Source of the DNA: a virus
Length of the DNA stretch: 48,203 nt
Reading direction: 5' to 3' (one strand)
Virus record (IMG/VR): IMGVR_UViG_3300037424_001030
Coordinates: 1 to 48,203 of that record
The position numbers were made by a program, and so were the translations under genes. The stretch's first letter is position 1, and each line of letters opens with the position of its first letter. Of the stretch, positions 25,353-33,785 are shown one piece after another. A model generated the notes under the pieces. That model saw only the letters and a program-made list of their open reading frames with translations. It was not told the origin of the DNA and ran no database searches.

Positions 25353-25784
25353 ATGAACACCCAACAATCCCAAGTTCTGCGATCCATCAATCCCAATAAT
25401 TCCATCATCCCGGATATCTTCCTATCCATGGAAGTTCGGGATGAGATCGAATTGCTATCCTATGTGAAAAATGGCAAATCAGGGGCCATATTCTCCACCA
25501 TTCGATTCAACGAATATATCCATCGAACAATTAGTTCGACGAATAAAGCAAATCTGTCTCCATTTGATTCTTGGGAAATCACCTCGAATGGGCATATCAG
25601 ATTCGTCAAGAATTCTAAGAGAATTATTCACTTGTCTGAATTGCCCAGGACTAATTCAATCTCCCAAAGTTCAATGAATCACATCAACTCCAGAAATCGA
25701 GGAATCAATGAGCCAAAGCCATTCATCGAAGATGTGAGGAAACTGTCGGCGAATGATAAAGACGGGGATGAAGGAGAATATTAA
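25353..25784 (+). CDS. Hypothetical protein, 143 aa
   Basis: Start moved to the ATG at 25353 (AGGAGAATACTTAATCATG). Confidence 0.6.
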   Translation: MNTQQSQVLRSINPNNSIIPDIFLSMEVRDEIELLSYVKNGKSGAIFSTIRFNEYIHRTISSTNKANLSPFDSWEITSNGHIRFVKNSKRIIHLSELPRTNSISQSSMNHINSRNRGINEPKPFIEDVRKLSANDKDGDEGEY

Positions 25785-25867
25785 TCCATCCGGCATCCTC
25801 CAATTCCCCCATAGTCCCTTCTGATAGAATATTGGATTCCCCCGAGTTCTATCCGAATATGATTAAT

Positions 25868-25900
25868 TTCAATCATATTCAATCATATTCAATCAATCAA
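25868..25900 (+). repeat. Tandem 10-mer TTCAATCATA x3 (third copy TTCAATCAAT) in the leader of the 107-aa gene
   Basis: Read directly. The 13-mer TTCAATCAATCAA also occurs at 24251..24263. Confidence 0.85.
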
Positions 25901-25925
25901 CTCACAATCCTCATTCTTATTTATC

Positions 25926-26249
25926 ATGAAAACTTCTGAATTCATCCGTGCCGCAGTTAATCAATATCTTTCTCCTAAGCTGCGTAAGGAGTTTAATGCG
26001 ACTGCTACAAAATACCTCTGCGTCGCATTTGATAGGTTTGACTCCCCGGACAATTCCATGAACACATCTGCGAAATTGAAACGCATTATTGAAGAAGACC
26101 TTGCCCGACTGGGGAGTGGTGGAACGTTCTATTCCGCTGCAATTGTCAACTGTGGCTGGCGGGAATTCGAAGACAACGACGAATTCCAGCAACTCCGGTT
26201 CATGTATGCTGAATTCCTGGCCCTGTATTTTGAAGACCTAGGGGATTAA
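25926..26249 (+). CDS. Hypothetical protein, 107 aa
   Basis: ORF with no clear SD. Confidence 0.55.
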   Translation: MKTSEFIRAAVNQYLSPKLRKEFNATATKYLCVAFDRFDSPDNSMNTSAKLKRIIEEDLARLGSGGTFYSAAIVNCGWREFEDNDEFQQLRFMYAEFLALYFEDLGD

Positions 26250-26307
26250 TCAATTAATCAATTTCACCATCTCCCACACCGCCACAACTTAATCAAGATT
26301 GCCCGTC

Positions 26308-26691
26308 ATGCAAATTCAATTTTACAGATCCTCACGAATCATCGAAAACATTGAGAAAATCTTCCTCACCAAGGAAGAACGATCAGCTCTCCAATCTCTC
26401 ATGGATTTACCAGAAGAACTTCAATCGATCGTGGAAGATAAAATCTTCTTCGTCAATCGACTGACATTCAAAGGTTCACAGATCAATGCAGATGGATATC
26501 CAATTTCCCCCGATTTTCGACTTCCGATTGTCTGGTTAAATTCCCCAGCAGTCTGCAAGGCACATCTTGCAGCATCATTGGACAACCAATTGAAGATGGT
26601 TTATCGTCGCCCGAAACTGAACACTTCTATTCGCTACGATTTCCCGCGGCTGCTGATTTCCAAATCATTCGTCAAGTGCAACTTGATTTGA
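26308..26691 (+). CDS. Hypothetical protein, 127 aa
   Basis: Start moved from TTG to the ATG at 26308. Confidence 0.55.
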   Translation: MQIQFYRSSRIIENIEKIFLTKEERSALQSLMDLPEELQSIVEDKIFFVNRLTFKGSQINADGYPISPDFRLPIVWLNSPAVCKAHLAASLDNQLKMVYRRPKLNTSIRYDFPRLLISKSFVKCNLI

Positions 26692-26745
26692 TGAATTAAT
26701 CATATCTCTCACCAACTCCCTAAATCTTAATCATATATCATAAAA

Positions 26746-27762
26746 ATGTCCACATCAGGCATCCAGTTCAAATGCCCGCTCTCAGGACTATCAATGCATT
26801 TCTATGCATTTGAATCCCTGGGAATCCCAACACTCACAAGAATCCACCCCGCCATTGAATTCATGGCCAAAGATTCATGGATTCTGCGACAAGGAAAATT
26901 ACAACAACAAAAAGTCATAGTTCAATTAGAAGAAACAGAACTTCTGATTGCCACTGCAACCTTGCTGCACATCAACCCATTGGTGGAATTTCACTCCGCA
27001 ATATCCCCAAACATGGGATTGCTAAGGGAAAACTTTTCCCGCCTGTATTATGCTACAGGTTTCATACGCACACTGCGAAATCCCTCTGCCGATCTCCCAG
27101 GGTATTCCATCACCCCAAATTCCAATGATCTATCCTCCTTATTCGACGGATGGCTTGGAGAAATCGAAGATGAAAAGAAAAAGCTCAGGAAGAAATTCCG
27201 GGATGAAACTTTATCGAAATTAGAAGAACGATACAACAAGCGATTGAAAACCAGAATCTATGCCGGTCGCCAATTGTTCCATCAGCTGATCGACTTCAAA
27301 GTCCTTGAATGGTTGTTCGATCGCATGGGAATTCCAGAAGATGATTGGGATGTGTACCGGAAAATCATGTATAATGATATCTGGGAAAATCTCCGGACTG
27401 CCGATTGTGCCAAGAGATTGCTGGAATTGGAACAATATCTGGAAGCATGGTTCTCCCTGGGAGTTCATAAACCAATTGTGCATAAACGATTGCATCATCA
27501 ACTATCCGAATTTCTGGATATGGGAGGAAGTCTCCCAGTCGGATATTACACCAAGAATTCCGATGGTGAAATTGAATCGCCGAACTTTGGTTCCCTTGAA
27601 TCTTTCAAGAAAATTATCAAACCCAAGTTGGCATTCTCCCCGGTATTCACTCCGGTGACTCAGAAATCATTGAGCACAAAACCAGTGCGCGGGGATTATG
27701 GATCAGTTCCTGAATTCGCTCGGGCACTGGTGGAGTGGTCCAGGAAAAACAATTTAGGGTAA
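26746..27762 (+). CDS. Hypothetical protein, 338 aa
   Basis: Long ORF directly upstream of the helicase. No motif was recognised. Confidence 0.65.
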   Translation: MSTSGIQFKCPLSGLSMHFYAFESLGIPTLTRIHPAIEFMAKDSWILRQGKLQQQKVIVQLEETELLIATATLLHINPLVEFHSAISPNMGLLRENFSRLYYATGFIRTLRNPSADLPGYSITPNSNDLSSLFDGWLGEIEDEKKKLRKKFRDETLSKLEERYNKRLKTRIYAGRQLFHQLIDFKVLEWLFDRMGIPEDDWDVYRKIMYNDIWENLRTADCAKRLLELEQYLEAWFSLGVHKPIVHKRLHHQLSEFLDMGGSLPVGYYTKNSDGEIESPNFGSLESFKKIIKPKLAFSPVFTPVTQKSLSTKPVRGDYGSVPEFARALVEWSRKNNLG

Positions 27763-27897
27763 CTCCATGATACTATTCATCTTCTTATGTATCGCATTCG
27801 CCCACTGCGCATTAGATGGCTACAGTCTCTACATGAAATCCATCGCAGCAGCAACCATATTCCTGCTGACTTACGGATTCTTCTGGGTATTCTTCTC

Positions 27898-29751
27898 ATG
27901 ACCAACAATCCACAATCCTCCAATCTCCCAATCATTATTATCCCAACTCAGATCGCAGCCCAATTAAAACTGCGCGCGATCAAGGAAAAGAAGCAGGTAA
28001 ATTTCTACCTGGAACTCTATCGAGCCGAAAAACAGCGAGAAATCCTTGCAGCACAATCGAATGGAACTTCACAAATAGCTGTCCCATCGGGAATCTCAGT
28101 TACTGCAATCACCAGCTCTGATAATCCTGATGGGCTGCACAAACTTCTTGCGGCAGCTGATATCCCATTGAATGAAAGCCAACTACGGGCAGTTGAACTG
28201 GCAATTGATTTTCAATCCTTCTGTCTGATCGGCCCAGCTGGAACTGGTAAAACTTCCACAGTCAACCGAATCATTCGGGAGTTGGTTGCATCTGAAAAAG
28301 TTAAACCAATAGGTGAAACTTGCAAAGCATTCAGAGCGGCAGATTTTGCAATGGTTGGGTGTGCGTATACTCGCCGTGCGCGGGATAATCTTGCCCGCAA
28401 TTCGCCTCCGCAATTGGCGACTTCCACACTCCACAATCTGATTGAGTTTGCGCCCACCAAGAAAACCGAATTACTCCCCGAAGGTGGATTCAAGGAAAAA
28501 ATCGTATTCGAGCCTGCTCGATGCAAATCGAATCCCCTCCCGGTTAATCTTCAAATCATTATCATTGACGAAGCATCGATGGTATCCACTGAGCTGTTCG
28601 ATCAAGTTCTGGATGCGATTCATCCTATGTCCCGGATAATGTTCATTTTCCTTGGCGACTTGGCACAACTTCCACCAGTATTTGGTCATGCAATTCTGGG
28701 ATTCAAACTCCTGCAACTTCCAGTTGTTGAATTGACAAAAGTCTATCGGCAGAAAGATGGGGAGATTCTGGACTTCGCAACTCAAGTGCGGCAAGGAATT
28801 CAATTCAAAGAGCGAGAATTCAAATCCGCCTTCTTCAACAATCCCCGGCTTACTGTCTACAATTCCAAAGTTGTAGAATCCATTGAAGCCAGGACATTCA
28901 AGGCCGGGCATAAAATTCAAGAACTGATTCACACAAATCAGGTTGACCCAGAATCAGGAGATTTCATCCTCTGCCCATACAACAAGCAGTTCGGGACTAT
29001 CGAACTGAACAATTGGGCAGCGGATTACTATGACCAACGGGATAACAGGAAACTGTATACAATCGTAGCCGGATACCAAAAGAAGCATTTCGCGATTGGT
29101 GATAAAGTTCTCATTGAAAAACGTGATGCATTGATCATTGGTATTGATCCTAATCCTGCTTATTCCGGACGCATTCCCCCAATGCCCTCCACAACAATTA
29201 ATCGTTGGGGTGTGACTCGTCATGGTAAATACATGTCGGAGGGGGTTGTAGAACAGCCGGAAGATGAGGAAGATTATTTCAACTCTCATATGGGATCTTT
29301 GGAAGATGCATTGGAGAATCAGGAAAAAGGTTCCCAACAAGCATCCCATATCATCACATTCCAAATTGTCGATACTGGAACAGTTGGCAAGGTTAAAACA
29401 ACTGGAGATATCAATGCAATGGAATTGTCCTATTGTTTGTCAGTCCATAAATCCCAAGGATCACAGGCAAATACAGTTGTCATCTTTCTATCCCGCCACC
29501 ACCGCAGATTGCAATGCAGGGAATTGTTATATACCGCTGCGACTCGCGCAATCAACCGGCTCATGATCTTCGCTGATCCTGATTCCATCAACAAATGCAT
29601 TCGCACTCCAATTATCAAAGGAGATACTATCGAAGAGAAAGCGGAATACTTCAAGGGCCTTGCCCGGGAAAGGCAAGATAATAACAAATCCATCGGCGAG
29701 TATAAACAGAAAGCCATGGAATTTGATGACATTGATATTGGAGAAGATTAA
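27898..29751 (+). CDS. SF1 DNA helicase (RecD/Dda-like), 617 aa (alternative start ATG 27787)
   Basis: Walker A LIGPAGTGKTS, motif II IIIDEASMV, FLGDLAQLPPV, ELTKVYRQ, SVHKSQGSQANTVVIF, LYTAATRAINRLMIF. Confidence 0.85.
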   Translation: MTNNPQSSNLPIIIIPTQIAAQLKLRAIKEKKQVNFYLELYRAEKQREILAAQSNGTSQIAVPSGISVTAITSSDNPDGLHKLLAAADIPLNESQLRAVELAIDFQSFCLIGPAGTGKTSTVNRIIRELVASEKVKPIGETCKAFRAADFAMVGCAYTRRARDNLARNSPPQLATSTLHNLIEFAPTKKTELLPEGGFKEKIVFEPARCKSNPLPVNLQIIIIDEASMVSTELFDQVLDAIHPMSRIMFIFLGDLAQLPPVFGHAILGFKLLQLPVVELTKVYRQKDGEILDFATQVRQGIQFKEREFKSAFFNNPRLTVYNSKVVESIEARTFKAGHKIQELIHTNQVDPESGDFILCPYNKQFGTIELNNWAADYYDQRDNRKLYTIVAGYQKKHFAIGDKVLIEKRDALIIGIDPNPAYSGRIPPMPSTTINRWGVTRHGKYMSEGVVEQPEDEEDYFNSHMGSLEDALENQEKGSQQASHIITFQIVDTGTVGKVKTTGDINAMELSYCLSVHKSQGSQANTVVIFLSRHHRRLQCRELLYTAATRAINRLMIFADPDSINKCIRTPIIKGDTIEEKAEYFKGLARERQDNNKSIGEYKQKAMEFDDIDIGED

Positions 29752-29753
29752 TC

Positions 29754-30176
29754 ATGGCCACCACTCTCATTTCCCCTAAACTTCACATCGAATTGGAGAA
29801 GCTGCAGAAGGATTTCGCCACATCAAAGAGAATCTACAATCAAGCACTTGATAATCTGGTGAGGAAAAAATTCCCCGAAGTATGGGATGGCTATGCGATC
29901 ATGTCTTTTGTCAAAGACAATCGCAATCATTGGACTCATTCTGCCTACCTCAATCGCCATTTCATCCTGTCCTTCTTCCGCAAGGGCGCAGGATTGGCTT
30001 GGAAATTGAGCGAAGATACTGATCAATTCGTTCGTTTGGTGGATGATATCTCAAAACTTCCCCGTGATCAATTGATTTACGCCCACAAGAATTCCACCAA
30101 AGCATTCAACAACGCCCGCGAATCCCTCGCTAAAGAACTCTACAACCCCAGTGACTATCAAACTTTCCCCCTTTAA
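29754..30176 (+). CDS. Hypothetical protein, 140 aa
   Basis: TAATCATG junction with the helicase gene. Confidence 0.6.
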   Translation: MATTLISPKLHIELEKLQKDFATSKRIYNQALDNLVRKKFPEVWDGYAIMSFVKDNRNHWTHSAYLNRHFILSFFRKGAGLAWKLSEDTDQFVRLVDDISKLPRDQLIYAHKNSTKAFNNARESLAKELYNPSDYQTFPL

Positions 30177-30196
30177 TTCGTACAATCCTCTAGGTC

Positions 30197-30225
30197 TTGA
30201 CACTGGCCTAACTTACTGATACACT
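30197..30225 (+). promoter_or_regulatory. Strong sigma70-like promoter with extended -10 (TTGACA-N14-TGA-TACACT)
   Basis: Consensus -35, 17-nt spacing and TG at -15/-14. Lies 78 nt upstream of the ATG at 30303. Confidence 0.6.
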
Positions 30226-30302
30226 ACGTGTTCCTAAGCTGGAGAACCGGCAAAGGTAGTTCCCTCAACAAACCCTCAATTCTTTTCAAGGAATTTTTTC
30301 AA

Positions 30303-31076
30303 ATGGCCAAGATTCTCAAAGCATCCCTGATTGCTGTCGCAGCATCCATGCAATTCCGCAATGCCGAAGTCGGCGAATCCGGATCCAATCCCGCAACCGC
30401 ATCGGCTGAAAAACCCGCCGAAAAACAACCGGAAATCCGCCAGCAGCCCATGGAAGATGGCCGCGTTCTGGTCACTTTCCCTTTCAAGTTCCGCAAGAAA
30501 AAGGAAAAGCAAACCGGCCCCGATGGCAAGGAAGTCGAAGTTGCCACGCAACGTGCGGGCTTCGAAGTTTCGCTGGCCAAACACACGCAGGAAACCCTGC
30601 TGGAAATCTTCGTCGGTGAAAACAATGCTGTCAAGGACTACATTGTTTCGCTGGTGAATGATGAACTCTACGCAGCGCTCAAGGCCCAGACGGAAGACAA
30701 GCCCGATGCCAAATCTTTTGGTGATCTGGATTCCAGTCTGCTCACCATCGAACAGCTGGCGAAGGATGCCGCAGCTGGTGGCGGTGGCAAGCCGGAAAAG
30801 GAAGACTTCGAGAAGTTTTGCGCGCACTACATCAAGGTCATGCCGGCGGTTGCTGGTGTTTCCACGGATGCCGCGAAGAATGCCGCATCGGAATTCATGA
30901 ATGGCCGCTTCACGAAAACGGCCTATCACGAAAACATTCTGAAGAACTTCCAACTGCGGCTGGCCACCTACGTGGAAAAAGCTCCCGATGCTGGCGACTT
31001 CGAGGACACCGTGCAGTGGCTGCAGAAGAAAATCGAGCGCCTGCTGGCCGCAATCTCTGGGTCCACGGAATATTGA
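30303..31076 (+). CDS. Unknown, apparently very highly expressed protein, 257 aa
   Basis: Start moved to the ATG at 30303 (MAKILKASL...). C/G-ending codon usage like the capsid gene. Has its own promoter and terminator. No motif was recognised. Confidence 0.7.
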   Translation: MAKILKASLIAVAASMQFRNAEVGESGSNPATASAEKPAEKQPEIRQQPMEDGRVLVTFPFKFRKKKEKQTGPDGKEVEVATQRAGFEVSLAKHTQETLLEIFVGENNAVKDYIVSLVNDELYAALKAQTEDKPDAKSFGDLDSSLLTIEQLAKDAAAGGGGKPEKEDFEKFCAHYIKVMPAVAGVSTDAAKNAASEFMNGRFTKTAYHENILKNFQLRLATYVEKAPDAGDFEDTVQWLQKKIERLLAAISGSTEY

Positions 31077-31102
31077 TTTCCGGGCAGTGATCTAAAGTCA
31101 AG

Positions 31103-31139
31103 GGGACTAATCGGATTTTCTGGTTAGTCCCTTTTGTTT
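31103..31139 (+). terminator. Rho-independent terminator
   Basis: GGGACTAATC-loop(9)-GGTTAGTCCC (10-bp stem with one G-U pair) followed by TTTTGTTT. Confidence 0.75.
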
Positions 31140-31162
31140 AGATTATTAATTCGGAGGGTCAA

Positions 31163-31609
31163 ATGGATATAGTAAAATTCGACGGTCAATATCGTTGGCT
31201 TAGCAACTTCTGTCCAGCTACCGTAATGTTAGATGGGGCATTGTACCCCTCAGTTGAGAATGCCTATCAAGCCGCAAAAACCTCGGAAGGGAATCGTGGC
31301 AATTTTATTCAATGCTCCGCAGGACAGGCTAAACGGTATGGTAGGTCTGTGCAATTGCGGCAGGATTGGGAAGATATAAAACTGCGCGTTATGACCGATC
31401 TTGTGCGGCAGAAATTTATGTCTGGAACACCACTAGCAGAGAAATTACTGGCCACCGGAAATTGCCAATTAGTAGAAGGAAACTATTGGAATGATACCTA
31501 TTGGGGCGTATGCCGAGGTGTTGGAAAGAACCACTTGGGAAAGATTCTAATGGTACAAAGAAAACTCCTCCAAGGAAACAAACCGCATGGCCAGCAAGTC
31601 AAAACATAA
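31163..31609 (+). CDS. NADAR / YbiA-like (DUF1768) family protein, 148 aa
   Basis: FDGQYRWLSNF...YPSVENAYQAAK...QDWEDIKLRVMTDLVRQKF...LLATGNCQLVEGNYWNDTYWGV..GVGKNHLGKILM aligns by eye along the whole length with E. coli YbiA. SD GGAGGG. Confidence 0.85.
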   Translation: MDIVKFDGQYRWLSNFCPATVMLDGALYPSVENAYQAAKTSEGNRGNFIQCSAGQAKRYGRSVQLRQDWEDIKLRVMTDLVRQKFMSGTPLAEKLLATGNCQLVEGNYWNDTYWGVCRGVGKNHLGKILMVQRKLLQGNKPHGQQVKT

Positions 31610-31988
31610 TTACAACATTCGACAGAAACCCAGCAACGAATGGGAGATTCTTGCCATTGGCTCGGATGGCAAAGAATTCTGGTATGGCAATTTCAGTCTG
31701 AAACAGAATGCTGTTCGTTGGGGCGATAGCCATAAGATTGCAAACCGCTTCCCACAAGTTGTTCAACTGCCCGACGATCCATTCGGAATTGAAGCAGGAT
31801 CTAGCAACAATGTGACCTCCCAGCAGATTGATCCAGTTGATCGTTCAGTTAGAGCATTGTGCGTAGCCGCCCAGGTTAACCAATCTGACCCGGCAGATGT
31901 TGCAGATTTCTTGGGATTGCCTGAATCAATTCTTCAATCTGTCACCGATCCAACTACCGGTGAAATAGTTTGGCAACCTCCAAGATAA
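31587..31988 (+). CDS. Hypothetical protein, 133 aa
   Basis: ORF overlapping the NADAR 3' end by 23 nt. Confidence 0.55.
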   Translation: MASKSKHNYNIRQKPSNEWEILAIGSDGKEFWYGNFSLKQNAVRWGDSHKIANRFPQVVQLPDDPFGIEAGSSNNVTSQQIDPVDRSVRALCVAAQVNQSDPADVADFLGLPESILQSVTDPTTGEIVWQPPR

Positions 31989-32001
31989 CTAGAACTATTC
32001 C

Positions 32002-32292
32002 ATGCCAAGCGCTGCTAAATACTACGATGTAACTCTCTATGTTCTCCGAATGTTATTGGAAGTCCACGAACAAGGACTGCCAATGGAGCAGCGCAGATTG
32101 AGAATTCATTTCATTGAACCGATCAACACAGTTCACAAAGGGATAGCAAAGGCTAAAGCTGAACTGTTAAAGAAACCCGAGCACCATCATATGATCAACT
32201 ACCGTTTGTATGGTGAGCGGGATTACCGTGCCGGAGATATTGTGTTCCGAATTGCACCGTATGTCCGGGATATCAATCGTGTGGAATACTAG
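32002..32292 (+). CDS. Hypothetical protein, 96 aa
   Basis: ORF in the operon. Confidence 0.55.
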   Translation: MPSAAKYYDVTLYVLRMLLEVHEQGLPMEQRRLRIHFIEPINTVHKGIAKAKAELLKKPEHHHMINYRLYGERDYRAGDIVFRIAPYVRDINRVEY

Positions 32293-32316
32293 CAATAGTG
32301 AATAGGAGTGAAAATT

Positions 32317-32667
32317 ATGGCAAGCAATCGGACAGTTCGTGGCATTCAGAAAGCTCAGGAAGAGCGGAACATGGCGGAAACCAACGCACAGGTCAAACCT
32401 GTGCCCAAGAAATACATGCTGCAGCAAGCACATGAAATCATCTACGGGGCACGTCAACAAGAGTACGGACCGGCGCTGGAGAACTTCCAGAACATTGCGG
32501 ATCTGTGGTCAGTGATTCTGAAAACTGAAGTGACTGCGGATCAAGTTGCAATGTGCATGATCCAAGTGAAGGTCGCACGGCTGATTCAAGCCCCGGGTCA
32601 TTTCGATTCGTGGATGGCCATTGCAGGATATGCCGGCTGCAAAGAAAAGATGATGAACGGAGATTGA
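32317..32667 (+). CDS. DUF6378-like protein (family linked to phage dNTP pyrophosphohydrolases), 116 aa
   Basis: Start moved to the ATG at 32317 (AGGAG 8 nt upstream). GARQQEYGP..ENFQNIADLW...VAMCMIQVKVARL...HFDSWMAIAGYAGC fits the remembered family pattern. Confidence 0.6.
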   Translation: MASNRTVRGIQKAQEERNMAETNAQVKPVPKKYMLQQAHEIIYGARQQEYGPALENFQNIADLWSVILKTEVTADQVAMCMIQVKVARLIQAPGHFDSWMAIAGYAGCKEKMMNGD

Positions 32668-32755
32668 AGGAATGGGGGAGGTTTGCTGGTTTATCCCCAT
32701 ATCAAACAAACCGGCAATTAATTCTTTACCCCTTGATTGCCAACCCAGGACTATC

Positions 32756-33202
32756 ATGAGCGACAATCCATTATTCAAGCAACAGCCCACCGGATTCTCC
32801 ACTGAATTCCTCACCAATGAAATCATCATGTGGGGCAGGGCCCGGCAGATTCCTCAATGGTCTACTTCCGATGCACAATCATCCAAAACATTGGAGGAAG
32901 TTGAAGAACTTCGCACTCACGCGGCCCAGTTGAAATTCTTGCGGGATGAGGTGACTCCGGAATTACTGCGAATTCCGGTGACTTCCTCCGCCCATGCTGC
33001 TGCAATAGAAGATGTGCTGATCAAACTTGAGGCCGAGTTACTCGACAAACTTGTCGATGACTACGGTGATATCTTCGTAACCCTTGTAATGGGAGCTGAA
33101 ATTGAAGGGATCGATATTCGCTCGTGCATTGCGTCAGCCTTCAACGAAATCAAAGATCGCAAAGGTGAAATGCGGGCCGACGGAAAGTTCCACAAAGAGT
33201 GA
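32756..33202 (+). CDS. MazG-like nucleotide pyrophosphohydrolase, 148 aa (alternative start ATG 32672)
   Basis: Acidic metal-binding helices TLEEVEELRTH and DDYGDIFVTLV are typical of MazG/dimeric dUTPase-like folds. Confidence 0.65.
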   Translation: MSDNPLFKQQPTGFSTEFLTNEIIMWGRARQIPQWSTSDAQSSKTLEEVEELRTHAAQLKFLRDEVTPELLRIPVTSSAHAAAIEDVLIKLEAELLDKLVDDYGDIFVTLVMGAEIEGIDIRSCIASAFNEIKDRKGEMRADGKFHKE

Positions 33203-33281
33203 TGTACCGGAACTAGAACTTGAACTGTTCATCCTAGAAGTTCTTCACACCACACAATACCCGGGGAAATTAGAAAATCTC

Positions 33282-33785
33282 ATGAAGGCATTAAACATTC
33301 TTGGTCCCTGGGATTTCAAATGGGCTTGGTGGAATAGTCCTATCGATTCCCAACTAAGCCTATTTGAAATCAAAGATAAGAAATCATTCGATAGATATGC
33401 TGCATGGCAAGCTGCTCGTGGAATGCTACTATCTGATCTTCGCCCGTCATTCGATCAACTAACCTTCAAATACTTGAACATCATGTCACTCCCGACCACT
33501 CAAGAAACTCTTCCAGAAGAATATAAAGCCAAGTTGGCGGAGGAGTTGGCACAATTGAAATCCGCGCTGGATGCCCGAATTCCCGAGTTCGGTATACAAC
33601 TTCAAGTTGTTCTTGGCCGCCTGCAAGAATTGCCGGAAGCCGCATGGGCATTGACTGATGAAGAACGTCAAGTCATTGTCGAAGGCTTCAAGCGAAATAT
33701 GAATGTGACTGTGTTTCAAGCAGCGAAAGCTGCAAGTGTCAAGGGGCACAAGATCAAGGGCGAAGTTTCCGTTGACATGTTTTAA
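33282..33785 (+). CDS. Hypothetical protein, 167 aa (start uncertain)
   Basis: This is the first ATG after the MazG stop in the open frame. Confidence 0.5.
   Translation: MKALNILGPWDFKWAWWNSPIDSQLSLFEIKDKKSFDRYAAWQAARGMLLSDLRPSFDQLTFKYLNIMSLPTTQETLPEEYKAKLAEELAQLKSALDARIPEFGIQLQVVLGRLQELPEAAWALTDEERQVIVEGFKRNMNVTVFQAAKAASVKGHKIKGEVSVDMF

Noticed and set aside
25312-25900. Short tandem repeats as a CRISPR array or mini-array
   Set aside because: The units are 10 nt with no spacers, and only 2-3 copies are present. This is not CRISPR architecture.
30276-30953. 225-aa minus-strand ORF and several alternative plus-frame ORFs inside the 257-aa gene
   Set aside because: These are by-products of the high GC3 and stop-poor composition of that gene. 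The promoter, SD and terminator all serve the 30303..31076 frame.
32317-33202. A Z-genome (2-aminoadenine) or other modified-base pathway implied by the pyrophosphohydrolase pair
   Set aside because: No PurZ-like adenylosuccinate synthetase, HD-type dATPase or other base-modifying enzyme motif was seen anywhere in the genome.
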